Shown: in pieces, positions 21,546-30,590 of the stretch
Numbering within the stretch: position 1 is the stretch's first letter
How the letters are laid out: each line of letters opens with the position of its first letter
NCBI GenBank assembly: GCA_964596735.1
Contig: CAZQVF010000001.1
Coordinates: 74,135-138,134, forward strand
Direction: 5' to 3'
DNA: 64,000 bases
Source: an uncultured Gammaproteobacteria bacterium
GTDB lineage: Bacteria; Patescibacteriota; Patescibacteriia; UBA2591; UBA6264
Made by a program: the position numbers and the translations under genes
Notes under the pieces: generated by a model
Told to the model about the DNA's origin: nothing
The model's database searches: none
Seen by the model: the letters and a program-made list of their open reading frames with translations, nothing else

Positions 21546-21935
21546 ATGGCAAGAATTGTTGGTGTTAATTTACCCTCTAATAAAAGAACAGAAATAGGCT
21601 TAACCTATATTTTTGGCATTGGTCGCAACACCTCAAATAAGATTTTAAAACAAACTAAGATTAATCCAGACAAACGGGTTAAAGATCTAACCACTTCAGA
21701 AATTGAACAATTAAGAAAGATTATAGAAAACAAGTATCGGACAGAAGGAACTTTAAAAAGAGATATTTCCAGTAATATTAAGCGGTTAAAAGAGATTGGC
21801 TGTTATCGCGGTTTGCGACATAGTCTTCGTTTGCCTGTTAGGGGACAGCGAACAAAAACAAACAGTAGAACCATTAGGGGTAATGTCCGTCGAACCATGG
21901 GTAGTGGGCGCCGGGCCGCAGCCAAAAAGACATAG
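21546..21935 (+). CDS. rpsM: 30S ribosomal protein S13
   Basis: [23 protein letters not shown]. Confidence 0.97.
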   Translation: MARIVGVNLPSNKRTEIGLTYIFGIGRNTSNKILKQTKINPDKRVKDLTTSEIEQLRKIIENKYRTEGTLKRDISSNIKRLKEIGCYRGLRHSLRLPVRGQRTKTNSRTIRGNVRRTMGSGRRAAAKKT

Positions 21936-21945
21936 AAATTAGTTT

Positions 21946-22326
21946 ATGGTAAAAAAGAAGAAATCTAAAATAATTAAAAACGTTCCTCGAGGCCATGCCT
22001 ATATTAAGGCTACCTATAACAATACAATCGTTACCTTAACTGATCCATCTGGCAATGTTTTGGCTTGGGCCAGCGCTGGTAAATTGGGGTTTAAAGGCCC
22101 TAAAAAGGCTACCCCTTATGCCGCAAGCGTTATTGTCAGGGATGTTGTTGAAAGGAGCAAAGAAACAGGACTAAAAGAGGTCCAAGTTTTTATTAAAGGC
22201 GTGGGTATGGGTCGAGAATCAGCGGTCAGATCACTTTATTCTAATGGTCTGAATATTTTGTCTATTAAAGATGTTACCCCATTACCCCACAATGGTTGTC
22301 GCCCCAGAAAGGCAAGAAGAGTTTAA
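21946..22326 (+). CDS. rpsK: 30S ribosomal protein S11
   Basis: [21 protein letters not shown]. Confidence 0.97.
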   Translation: MVKKKKSKIIKNVPRGHAYIKATYNNTIVTLTDPSGNVLAWASAGKLGFKGPKKATPYAASVIVRDVVERSKETGLKEVQVFIKGVGMGRESAVRSLYSNGLNILSIKDVTPLPHNGCRPRKARRV

Positions 22327-22335
22327 TTAAATCTT

Positions 22336-22962
22336 ATGTTAACTAGTCCCCAATGTAAAATTTGTCGTCGAGAAGGTAAAAAACTTTTTTTAAAAGGGGA
22401 TCGTTGTAATTCTCAAAAATGTGTTTTAATTAAGAAAAAATATCCACCAGGAGCACACGGACCTAAGGGGTATGGTCGCATATCAGATTACGGCCGCCAA
22501 TTAAGAGAAAAACAGAAATTAAGACGTTCTTATTATGTTTCAGAGAAACAATTTAAAAATTATTTTACCAAGGCCAAACAAGCAGAGGGGAACACAGAAG
22601 AGAACTTTTTAAGACTCTTAGAAAAAAGACTAGACAATGTTGTTTATCGGGCAGGTTTTGCCAGTTCTCGTAGACAAGCCCGACAACTTATCAGTCACGG
22701 CAATATTTTGGTTAATGGACGGCGAGTTGATGTCCCGTCTTATCAAGTGACAACAGGGGATGCTATTCAACCTAAAGACAAAAAAGCGATTATAGGAAAG
22801 GTAAAAGAAAAAATAGGGCAGGTTAAAGATAAAGACACCCTGCCAGCCTGGACTAGCCTAGATAAGAAAAAACTTGAAATCAAGATTTTAAAAGATCCCG
22901 CTCCAGAGGACCTACCTCAGACATTTGAAACAGAGTTAATTATTGGTTTTTATAGTCGATAA
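22336..22962 (+). CDS. rpsD: 30S ribosomal protein S4
   Basis: QLREKQK, RLDNVVYRAGF, ARQLISHG. Confidence 0.97.
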   Translation: MLTSPQCKICRREGKKLFLKGDRCNSQKCVLIKKKYPPGAHGPKGYGRISDYGRQLREKQKLRRSYYVSEKQFKNYFTKAKQAEGNTEENFLRLLEKRLDNVVYRAGFASSRRQARQLISHGNILVNGRRVDVPSYQVTTGDAIQPKDKKAIIGKVKEKIGQVKDKDTLPAWTSLDKKKLEIKILKDPAPEDLPQTFETELIIGFYSR

Positions 22963-22995
22963 TATATTTAATATTTTATTTTAATATAGTATTTT

Positions 22996-23880
22996 ATGGA
23001 GAATTTTTTACCAACAAAAGTTGAATCTCAACTAGATCCTAAAAATAAGAATAAAGGTCAAATTTTTATTGAACCCTGTTGGCCAGGCTATGGTATTACC
23101 TGGGGCAATGCTCTAAGAAGAGTTTTGTTAACTTCTTTATCAGGAGCAGCCGTAACAGCCGTAAAGATAAAAGGAGTCAAGTATGAATTTTCTACATTAG
23201 AAGGAGTTAAAGAAGATGTTTTAGAAATTATTTTAAATCTAAAATCTCTTCGTTTAAAAATTCTTGCTGAAAAAGACGAATCCATTAAACTAAGCTTAAA
23301 GGTAGGTGGAGAGAAAAAGATTAAAGCAGGTAGTATTGAAAAATCATCAGAGGTGGAAATAGTTAACCCTGATTTATTAATTGCCACCTTAACAGACAAG
23401 AAAGTCAAGTTGGAAATGGATATTTGGGTGGCTAAGGGATATGGTTGGGTTGCTTCAGAAGAAAAATCGCGAGCGGGTTTAGAAATCGGTACAATTGTTA
23501 CCGATTCAATTTTTAGTCCGGTTTTAAATGTTTCTGTCAATGTAGAAAATATGAGAGTAGGAAAAAAAACAGATTTTGACAAGATTGTTCTAGGAATTGA
23601 AACTGACGGCAGTATTTCACCAATCCAGGCATTTTTAAAGGCCAGTCAATTATTAAAGGAACAATTTGACAGTCTATTAAATTTAGGAGAAAAAATTGCT
23701 AAAAAAGCAGTAAAGAAAAAAGTTAAAAAACCAGTCAAAAAAGCAGTAAAGAAAAAAGTTAAAAAACCAGTCAAAAAAGCAGTAAATAAAAAAGTTAAAA
23801 AGGCGGTTAAAAAACCAGTCAAAAAAGCAGTAAAGAAAAAGGTTAAAAAGAAAACAGCCAAGAAAAAGACTAAAAAATAA
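22996..23880 (+). CDS. rpoA: RNA polymerase alpha subunit lacking the alpha-CTD, with a Lys-rich repeat tail
   Basis: GNALRRVLL, GVKEDV, DSIFSPV, ETDGSI; ends in KKAVKKKVKKPV repeats. Confidence 0.95.
   Translation: MENFLPTKVESQLDPKNKNKGQIFIEPCWPGYGITWGNALRRVLLTSLSGAAVTAVKIKGVKYEFSTLEGVKEDVLEIILNLKSLRLKILAEKDESIKLSLKVGGEKKIKAGSIEKSSEVEIVNPDLLIATLTDKKVKLEMDIWVAKGYGWVASEEKSRAGLEIGTIVTDSIFSPVLNVSVNVENMRVGKKTDFDKIVLGIETDGSISPIQAFLKASQLLKEQFDSLLNLGEKIAKKAVKKKVKKPVKKAVKKKVKKPVKKAVNKKVKKAVKKPVKKAVKKKVKKKTAKKKTKK
23701..23877 (+). repeat. 36-nt/12-nt coding tandem repeat (KKAV/KKKV/KKPV)
   Basis: AAAAAAGCAGTAAAGAAAAAAGTTAAAAAACCAGTC twice exactly (23701-23772), then partial copies. Confidence 0.9.
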
Positions 23881-23885
23881 TTTCT

Positions 23886-24236
23886 ATGCGACACAGAAAA
23901 AAGGGGAAAAGTTTAGGTCGTAAAGTTGGCCCGCGAAAAGCATTGCTTAAAGGGTTGGCTTTGAGTTTTGTTTTGCACGAGAAGATTAAGACGACTGAAG
24001 CCAAGGCCAAAGCGGTAAAGCCAATTATTGAACATTTAATTACGCGAGCCAAAGAGAATAATCTAAATAATTATCGTCGAATAAATTCATATTTACAGAG
24101 TCGAGAGGCCACTAAAAAAATGCTTGAAGAAATTGGGCCAAAATACAAGGATCGCCCAGGTGGTTATTGCCGTATTGTTAAATTAGGACCAAGAAAAGGG
24201 GATATGGCTCAAATGGTTATTTTAGAATTAGTTTAA
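23886..24236 (+). CDS. rplQ: 50S ribosomal protein L17
   Basis: MRHRK, IKTTEAKAK, RPGGYCRI. Confidence 0.97.
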   Translation: MRHRKKGKSLGRKVGPRKALLKGLALSFVLHEKIKTTEAKAKAVKPIIEHLITRAKENNLNNYRRINSYLQSREATKKMLEEIGPKYKDRPGGYCRIVKLGPRKGDMAQMVILELV

Positions 24237-24266
24237 AATATGTAATATTTTAGAATTAGTTTAAAT

Positions 24267-24623
24267 ATGTTGAAAATTGACAGAAAAACACATACTATTG
24301 ATGCCACAGATCAGGTTTTAGGCCGTTTAGCTACACAAATAGCCACTCTTTTGATTGGCAAAGGAAAAGAAAGCTATCGACCAAATATTGACAATGGAGA
24401 TATTGTCATAGTCAAGAACACAAAAAAGATGAAGATTACAGGAAAGAAATTAGACCAAAAGCTCTATTATCACCACAGCGGTTATCCAGGCGGTTTAAAA
24501 ACAAAAAAAATGGGAGATGTTTTCAAAAGCGACCCAAATCAAGTTTTACACAAAGCAGTTTCTAATATGTTACCCAAGAATAAGCTAAGAAAACCAAGGA
24601 TTAAAAGACTAAGATTTATTTGA
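24267..24623 (+). CDS. rplM: 50S ribosomal protein L13
   Basis: IDATDQVLGRLAT, HSGYPGG, MLPKN. Confidence 0.96.
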   Translation: MLKIDRKTHTIDATDQVLGRLATQIATLLIGKGKESYRPNIDNGDIVIVKNTKKMKITGKKLDQKLYYHHSGYPGGLKTKKMGDVFKSDPNQVLHKAVSNMLPKNKLRKPRIKRLRFI

Positions 24624-24644
24624 TTAACAATAAATATTTTTAAT

Positions 24645-24679
24645 AAATAAGGCCCTGGTTGTTCCAGGGCTTATTTTTT
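24645..24679. terminator. Rho-independent (bidirectional) terminator after rplM
   Basis: GCCCTGG-TTGTT-CCAGGGC then TTATTTTTT. Confidence 0.8.
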
Positions 24680-24723
24680 GTCGCCTCCTTATTAACGTTT
24701 ATTCAACCCCTGTTTTGTAATTA

Positions 24724-24933
24724 TTAGCTTTGTCTTCCAAACAAAAATGTTTTGACTGGAAAAACGAAGCAGATGAGGCCGAATAAGACCAACATTATGC
24801 CAGAAGTTAACTGCAGTGGTTGGTTCAAAGAGAGGGTGATTCTATTACTAAAGACCAGTACTGCGAGAACAAAGAGGCCTACCGCCATTAATAGATTCCA
24901 AATGGTGATATGCTGGGGAAATGTTATCTTCAT
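24724..24933 (-). CDS. Small two-TM ORFan
   Basis: Start moved to MKITFPQ (SD GGAG); own promoter TTGACA-N17-TACAAT at 25003-24975. Confidence 0.65.
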   Translation of the reverse strand: MKITFPQHITIWNLLMAVGLFVLAVLVFSNRITLSLNQPLQLTSGIMLVLFGLICFVFPVKTFLFGRQS

Positions 24934-25059
24934 TAGGTTTTTTCTCCATATTGTTAATGAAATTTGATATTGATATTGTAGCAAGTTTTTATTTCTTTGT
25001 CAAGTTAAAGGAGTTTTAATTGTTGTTTTAATATTTTAAAAATGTTAATATAGATTTAT

Positions 25060-25554
25060 ATGTCTGGGTTAAAAATTAGAAAATATGGCGATCCTGTTTT
25101 ACGAGTTAAATGTGAAGAAGTAAAAGAAATTAACGATGAGGTGCGGGATTTTGCTCAAAAAATGTTAAGGACCCTGCATCGAGACGAGGGCATTGGTTTG
25201 GCCGCTCCGCAAGTCGGGGACAAGCGGAGGATTATTGTTGTTGATATTGGTCATGGCTCGTTTAGTCTGATTAATCCAAAAATTATTGAAAAATCAGATA
25301 AAACGGCTAGTGAATTCGAAGGGTGTTTAAGTTTGCCAGGAATTAATTTAAGAATAAAAAGACCTCAAACTGTTGAAATAGAGGGGTATTTGTTGGAAAG
25401 AAAACAAAATGTTAGAATTAAAGCAGAAGATTTATTAGCCCGTGATCTTCAGCATGAGATAGATCATCTTGATGGAGTTTTAATTGTTGATAAAGTGCCC
25501 CTTTTTAAAAGACTAAAAGCGATCAAAAAATTAAAGAAGAAGCTGCGGGAGTAG
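25060..25554 (+). CDS. def: Peptide deformylase
   Basis: GIGLAAPQ, EGCLS, QHEIDHLDG. Confidence 0.96.
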   Translation: MSGLKIRKYGDPVLRVKCEEVKEINDEVRDFAQKMLRTLHRDEGIGLAAPQVGDKRRIIVVDIGHGSFSLINPKIIEKSDKTASEFEGCLSLPGINLRIKRPQTVEIEGYLLERKQNVRIKAEDLLARDLQHEIDHLDGVLIVDKVPLFKRLKAIKKLKKKLRE

Positions 25555-25616
25555 TTCAGTGGTAGAATGTCTGCTTCCCAAGCAGAAGATCGCGGGTTCG
25601 ATCCCCGTCTCCCGCT
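25545..25616 (+). tRNA. tRNA-Gly(CCC)
   Basis: GCGGGAG/CTCCCGC acceptor stem, TCTGC-TTCCCAA-GCAGA anticodon arm, GGTTCGATCC T-arm; no encoded CCA. Confidence 0.95.
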
Positions 25617-25620
25617 TTTT

Positions 25621-25694
25621 GCCAGCGTAGCTCAGTTGGTTAGAGCGCCGCTCTCGTAAAGCGGAGGTCCTGAGTTCGACCCTCAGCGCTGGCT
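25621..25694 (+). tRNA. tRNA-Thr(CGT)
   Basis: GCCAGCG/CGCTGGC acceptor stem, CCGCT-CTCGTAA-AGCGG anticodon arm, TTCGA T-loop. Confidence 0.95.
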
Positions 25695-25707
25695 AATTTA
25701 TAAATCT

Positions 25708-26391
25708 ATGATTAAATTTGTTAATGTTACTAAACGTTACTCAGCTGATGTTTTTGCCTTACGTCAGGTCGGTTTTCATATTAGATCCAAGGAATTTGTT
25801 TCTATAGTTGGTCAGTCAGGGGCAGGCAAGAGTACTGTTCTTAAACTATTGACCGCAGAGGAAAGACCCACCTCGGGTAAAATTGTTATTGGTGGTTGGG
25901 ACATCACAGACATTAAACCAAAAGAAGTCCCTGCTTTACGAAGACAAATTGGTGTAGTTTTTCAAGATTTTAAATTATTAGAAAAAAAGACAGTGGCAGA
26001 AAATGTCGCCTTTGCATTAGAGGTGATTAATACTCAAAGAAAAAAAATAAAGCCGGCCGTTAATCAGGTTTTAAAGATTGTTGGCTTGGAAAATAGAATA
26101 AATTATTTTCCCCAACAACTTTCAGCTGGTGAAGCGCAAAGAGTAGTAGTTGCCAGAGCCCTGGTTCCCCGACCTAAAATATTGATAGCCGACGAGCCAA
26201 CAGGCAATCTTGACCCAATTACCACCAGAGACATTGTTGAGTTGCTAGATAAGATTAATGAATACGGGACCACTGTCCTTTTGGTTACTCATAATCGAGA
26301 GATAGTTAATTTTTTAAGAAAAAGAGTAATCACTCTTGACCAAGGAATTATCATCGGCGATCAAATGAATGAAGGGCGTTATGTTATATAA
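25708..26391 (+). CDS. ftsE: Cell division ATP-binding protein FtsE
   Basis: GQSGAGKST, LRRQIGVVFQDFKLL, LSAGEAQR, ADEPTGNLD. Confidence 0.88.
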   Translation: MIKFVNVTKRYSADVFALRQVGFHIRSKEFVSIVGQSGAGKSTVLKLLTAEERPTSGKIVIGGWDITDIKPKEVPALRRQIGVVFQDFKLLEKKTVAENVAFALEVINTQRKKIKPAVNQVLKIVGLENRINYFPQQLSAGEAQRVVVARALVPRPKILIADEPTGNLDPITTRDIVELLDKINEYGTTVLLVTHNREIVNFLRKRVITLDQGIIIGDQMNEGRYVI

Positions 26392-26782
26392 GATTTTAGA
26401 ACATTCAGCTGATTTTAAAATTCAGGCAAGAGCAAAGACTTTGCCTGATCTTTTTTCCAATTTTCTTAAAGCAATAGCTGAATTTTGTCAGCCAGAAATT
26501 GATCAAGCATCACCTTTAATTAGTCATCAAATTCAAATCAAAACAAATAATTTAGAATCTTTATTAATAGATTTTTTATCAGAAGTTATTTATTTAATGG
26601 ATGTGAACAAAGAAGTTTATACTCAGGCTGACTTGGTGATTAAAGACAAAGAGTTGAAAGGAGAAATCAAGGGGCAGAAAGTTAAAAGATTTCAAACTGA
26701 GATTAAGGCAGCCACTTGGCATGATTTAGAAATTAAAAAAATTAATAATCAATGGCAAGCCATTGTTTTATTTGATGTTTAA
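26381..26782 (+). CDS. Archease
   Basis: EHSAD at the N-terminus, EIKAATWH, C-terminal FDV; directly upstream of rtcB. Confidence 0.92.
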   Translation: MLYKILEHSADFKIQARAKTLPDLFSNFLKAIAEFCQPEIDQASPLISHQIQIKTNNLESLLIDFLSEVIYLMDVNKEVYTQADLVIKDKELKGEIKGQKVKRFQTEIKAATWHDLEIKKINNQWQAIVLFDV

Positions 26783-26786
26783 ATAT

Positions 26787-28235
26787 ATGTTAAATAAACA
26801 AGACCTAAAAAAAATAAATGATTATCTCTATGAGATTCCTAAATCTTTTCGGGCTGATATGCGAGTGCCATGTCGAGTTTACGCTGATGAAAAAATATTG
26901 GAACAGATCCTTAAAGACCGATCTTTAGAACAATTAGTTAATGTGGCCACTTTGCCAGGAATTGTTAGATACGCTTTAGCTATGCCGGATTGTCATGAGG
27001 GATATGCTAGTCCTATTGGTGGGGTAGCCGCTATTAATGTTGAAAATGGCATTGTTTCTCCAGGAATGCAAGGATATGATATCAATTGCGGCATGAAATT
27101 ATTAAAATCTAATTTTTTACAGAAAGACATTAAACCTTATTTAGAAAGTTTAGCTCTTGAAATTCAAAAACAAGTTCCTTCCGGGCTTGGTCAAGGAAGA
27201 CAGACCAAATTAGATATCGCCAGCATAGATAAAATTTTACAACAAGGAGCTCAAATATTAGTTGAACAGGGTTATGGTGAAAAACAAGACATTGAAAATT
27301 GTGAAGCAAACGGAAGATTAGACTGGGCTGATGATTCAGCTGTTTCTTTTCGGGCTAAAAATCGTGGCCGAAGCCAAGTCGGAACCCTCGGCTCAGGGAA
27401 TCATTTCTTAGAAATTCAAAAAGTTGAGGAAATTTTTGACGAAAAAGTAGCCCAAGCTTTTGGGCTATTTAAAGATCAGGTTATTCTAATGATTCACTGC
27501 GGTTCGCGTGGTTTAGGACATCAGATTTGCAGCGATTATTTAAAGGAATTTATTCCTTTAATGGAGAATAAGTATAAGATAAAGACACCTGATAAAGAGT
27601 TTGCCTGCGTTCCTTTTAAGTCTTCAGAAGGACAAAGAGCTTTAGCCGCTTCTGCCTGTGCGGCTAATTATGCCTGGGCCAACAGGCAGATGATAACTCA
27701 CTTTATTAGAAAAGCATGGAAAACTGTTTTAGGAAAACAAGCCTCTGATCTTGTTTGTCTTTATGATGTCGCTCATAATATTATTAAAAAGGAGAAATAT
27801 GTTATTGACGGCAGAGAAATTGAAGTAGCTGTTCATCGTAAAGGAGCGACTCGAGCATTTCCTCCAAATCATCCTGAACTTCCTCCTGTCTACCATCAGG
27901 TTGGCCAACCTGTTCTTATTCCCGGAAGCATGGGCACAGCTTCTTACATTTTAGCGGGGACAGAAAAAGGCAAGGAGAGTTTTTATTCTGTTAATCACGG
28001 AGCAGGCAGGTCAATGTCTCGCCACGCAGCGATCAGAAGCATTCGAGGAGATGATGTGGTAAGGAAATTAAAGCAAAAAGGAATTTTGGTCAAATGTCGG
28101 TCAATGAGAGGTATTGCCGAGGAAGCCCCCATGGCTTATAAAGATGTTGATCAAGTAGTTAATATTGTTGATCAGGCAGGTTTGGCCAAGAAAGTGGTTA
28201 GGTTAGTACCCTTGGCCGTAATCAAGGGTGAATAA
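26787..28235 (+). CDS. rtcB: RNA ligase RtcB (archaeal-type)
   Basis: MPDCHEGY, YDINCG, GSGNHFLE, HCGSRG, HRKGA, HGAGR, EEAPMAYK. Confidence 0.95.
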   Translation: MLNKQDLKKINDYLYEIPKSFRADMRVPCRVYADEKILEQILKDRSLEQLVNVATLPGIVRYALAMPDCHEGYASPIGGVAAINVENGIVSPGMQGYDINCGMKLLKSNFLQKDIKPYLESLALEIQKQVPSGLGQGRQTKLDIASIDKILQQGAQILVEQGYGEKQDIENCEANGRLDWADDSAVSFRAKNRGRSQVGTLGSGNHFLEIQKVEEIFDEKVAQAFGLFKDQVILMIHCGSRGLGHQICSDYLKEFIPLMENKYKIKTPDKEFACVPFKSSEGQRALAASACAANYAWANRQMITHFIRKAWKTVLGKQASDLVCLYDVAHNIIKKEKYVIDGREIEVAVHRKGATRAFPPNHPELPPVYHQVGQPVLIPGSMGTASYILAGTEKGKESFYSVNHGAGRSMSRHAAIRSIRGDDVVRKLKQKGILVKCRSMRGIAEEAPMAYKDVDQVVNIVDQAGLAKKVVRLVPLAVIKGE

Positions 28236-28264
28236 ATTTCCCCTTGAACAATTTTTATAGTTAG

Positions 28265-28324
28265 TTATAATTAGAATACTTTAATTTCTATACAATAAAT
28301 ATTTAATTTCAAGCTTTGCTTATA
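28265..28324 (-). repeat. Dispersed repeat, copy 6 (inverted)
   Basis: Reverse complement TATAAGCAAAGCTTGAAATTAAATATTTATTGTATAGA...TAATTATAA matches the copies at 14595 and 4837. Confidence 0.8.
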
Positions 28325-28363
28325 ATATTAATAATTAATTAGTATAATAATTAAAATATTTAT

Positions 28364-28621
28364 ATGGCCGAAGAAAAACAAATTGGTAAAATTACTCATT
28401 ATTTTGGCAAAATAGGAGTAGGCGTTTTAGAACTTTCTAAGGGATTAAAAGTAGGAGAAACAATTAGAATTGTTGGTGGTGACAGAGATTTTACCCAAGA
28501 AGTTAGTTCAATGCAGATTGAACATGAAAATATTGAAGCAGCAAAAAAGGGAGAGGCTATTGGCTTAAAACTGGATGAATTAGCTAAACCAGGAGATCTT
28601 GTTTATAAGGTAGTAGAATAA
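28364..28621 (+). CDS. Translation elongation factor-like beta-barrel protein
   Basis: GKITHYFGKIGVG, LKVGETI, SMQIEH, GEAIGLK (EF-Tu domain II-like). Confidence 0.8.
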   Translation: MAEEKQIGKITHYFGKIGVGVLELSKGLKVGETIRIVGGDRDFTQEVSSMQIEHENIEAAKKGEAIGLKLDELAKPGDLVYKVVE

Positions 28622-28674
28622 ATTTTTATTAAAAATAGATTCTTTTTTTGGAGGAATTGTTTAGTTGTGTTTAA

Positions 28675-28896
28675 ATGAAAGAGAAAATTTCAGATAAGAT
28701 TTTAATTTCTAAACAAAAGCTGGTAATTATCGGACTATTGATTATTGTTTTCAACCCCTTACCAGCCGGTTTGATTTATAGTTTTCTTCTTTGGCGGTTA
28801 CCAGCCACTAAAAAAGACGGCAAATTAATGATGATTTTTTCATTGATTTGGGGGGCGATTTCTCTAGCTTTGGTTCAAAGATATATTGCCTATTAA
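28675..28896 (+). CDS. Small membrane hypothetical protein
   Basis: 73 aa with hydrophobic helices. Confidence 0.6.
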   Translation: MKEKISDKILISKQKLVIIGLLIIVFNPLPAGLIYSFLLWRLPATKKDGKLMMIFSLIWGAISLALVQRYIAY

Positions 28897-28945
28897 ATTC
28901 CGCTTAAAATTAAAGGAAACGGCTTAACAGGGCCGAATTTTTTAT

Positions 28946-28974
28946 TTGACAAAACCAAAAAAATCTGCTATACT
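28946..28974 (+). promoter_or_regulatory. Sigma70 promoter of the PLP enzyme gene
   Basis: TTGACA-N17-TATACT with TG extension; SD AAAGGAG before ATG 29023. Confidence 0.75.
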
Positions 28975-29022
28975 ATTTTTAATTAAGATAAATAATCATT
29001 AAAGATTAGAAAAGGAGTTATC

Positions 29023-30471
29023 ATGAGGAATAATAGAGAAACAATTCCGGAGGCGAGTGAGAAGCCTGAAATTACTGGCCGGTATTCTACTGTTACAGAA
29101 TGGAGAGAGATCCTTACAAAATGGTATGCTGGTGAGGTAGTTAAGGGATATGATCGCTATGGCCATCCTAAATTAGCCGAACGTGAGAGAAAAGTAGCTG
29201 AATTAGTAGGCACAGACGTCCTGCTCTATAACTGCGGCATGGCAGCAATAGTTGAAGCTTTGGAAAGTCATCATTTGACCCAGAACGATGTCCTGTTGTA
29301 TAGTCCTGATGTTTATGGTCAGTCAAAGGATTTTATTGAAAATGAACTGAAATCCCGGGGAATAAAATGCATTCCCTTTAACAGCGGTGACCCTGACGAG
29401 GTTAAACGTTTAATTGCTCAGCATCGTCCCAAGGTGATTTTTGCTGAAACAGTTGGTAATGCGCCTGGGATGCCAGTACTTGACGTAGATGCGCTTTTTA
29501 AACAGGTAGAACAAACCAATGAAAAATACCAACAAGAAGCAACCCTATCCAAGGTTTTAGAAAGACAGTTAATCCGTCGTCCCTGGATCCGTAATTGGCT
29601 GGATTTAAAGCCAGGTGAAAAACCAAATCAAGCACAAGGAGAAAAGCTCTCTGCTTTGGTTCCAGAGTTTGAAGCAACGGCTCGAAAAATTGATCAAGCC
29701 CACGACCTTTTACCTCTACGGGATTTACTCAAATCTTTAGGTAAAAAGGGGATAGACTTTGGTCAGGAAATGGATCTACGGAGTAAAACCCTTGAACTTA
29801 AGTGGCTTTTAGATTCTGCCTGGTTGGCCAAGAGAGAGGTTCCGATTACCTTAATCTTAGACAACACCTTACCAACGCCCTCAGGGTTTGATTTGGCTGA
29901 AAAGCTCAAGCAAACCAAAACACCAGTTTTGGCTGTAGAAAGTGGGACCAAGCTCTTTGCTTTGGACTCAGGAACACTCGGTGTTCTTTACAGTAATTCA
30001 TCTGACAAGATGTTAGAATTAAAGGTTAGGCGGGCCGTAACAGGGTCTTACTTGCCAGCGGCAGTAGAAGACTTACTGCCTGAAAGAACTAAGTCAGAAT
30101 TTGATGTTCGCAACAAGCAAACCCTGAAGAACACCAGATTATTGGCTCAAAGTTTTTCCAGAATAGTTGGCAAAGCTGGTGTTAAAGCGGTTTCACATCC
30201 TAACCTGCCGGGTCATTCAAATTACGAGTACACGGACAAACACATGCCCGAGGGTGGTTCAGCTATCTTTTACCTGGATTGTGAAAATAGCTGGGAGCTG
30301 GCAGCTAAACTGGAAGCAAAATTAGGGAACAGAATCGAGTATGGCGGGTCCTTTGGACTGCCTAAAACCCGTTTACTTCCGCTTGATGATAACCTCTTCC
30401 GCATTGCTGGAGGAACAGAATCTGCTGAGGACATGGAGGAAATCCTGGCAGTAATTGAATCAATAGAATAA
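29023..30471 (+). CDS. Cys/Met-metabolism PLP-dependent enzyme (cystathionine gamma-synthase/lyase or Met gamma-lyase fold) with a ~100 aa insertion
   Basis: YDRYGHP, CGMAAI, VYG, ETVGNAP, LDNT, ESGTK (PLP lysine). Confidence 0.8.
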   Translation: MRNNRETIPEASEKPEITGRYSTVTEWREILTKWYAGEVVKGYDRYGHPKLAERERKVAELVGTDVLLYNCGMAAIVEALESHHLTQNDVLLYSPDVYGQSKDFIENELKSRGIKCIPFNSGDPDEVKRLIAQHRPKVIFAETVGNAPGMPVLDVDALFKQVEQTNEKYQQEATLSKVLERQLIRRPWIRNWLDLKPGEKPNQAQGEKLSALVPEFEATARKIDQAHDLLPLRDLLKSLGKKGIDFGQEMDLRSKTLELKWLLDSAWLAKREVPITLILDNTLPTPSGFDLAEKLKQTKTPVLAVESGTKLFALDSGTLGVLYSNSSDKMLELKVRRAVTGSYLPAAVEDLLPERTKSEFDVRNKQTLKNTRLLAQSFSRIVGKAGVKAVSHPNLPGHSNYEYTDKHMPEGGSAIFYLDCENSWELAAKLEAKLGNRIEYGGSFGLPKTRLLPLDDNLFRIAGGTESAEDMEEILAVIESIE

Positions 30472-30480
30472 TAACGAAAA

Positions 30481-30531
30481 GGCCGAATCTCTTAAATATA
30501 ATAAAAGGGATTCGGCCATTCTCTTTTTTTT
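30481..30531 (+). terminator. Terminator after the PLP enzyme gene
   Basis: GGCCGAATCTCTT...AAGGGATTCGGCC followed by a T-run. Confidence 0.7.
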
Positions 30532-30540
30532 ATTATAAAG

Positions 30541-30569
30541 TTGATAAAATCAAATATTTTTGATAGAAT
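30541..30569 (+). promoter_or_regulatory. Promoter of the methyltransferase array
   Basis: TTGATA-N17-TAGAAT with TG extension, 21 nt before ATG 30591. Confidence 0.6.
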
Positions 30570-30590
30570 TATTATAGAATATATAATTGT

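Noticed and set aside
23646-23894. Phe-rich antisense ORFs (also 62459-62701) as membrane proteins
   Set aside because: They are reverse-complement shadows of Lys-rich repeats in rpoA and rpoD
24681-24690. Minus-strand SD AAGGAGG near the rplM terminator
   Set aside because: No start codon at a usable distance; at most a remnant
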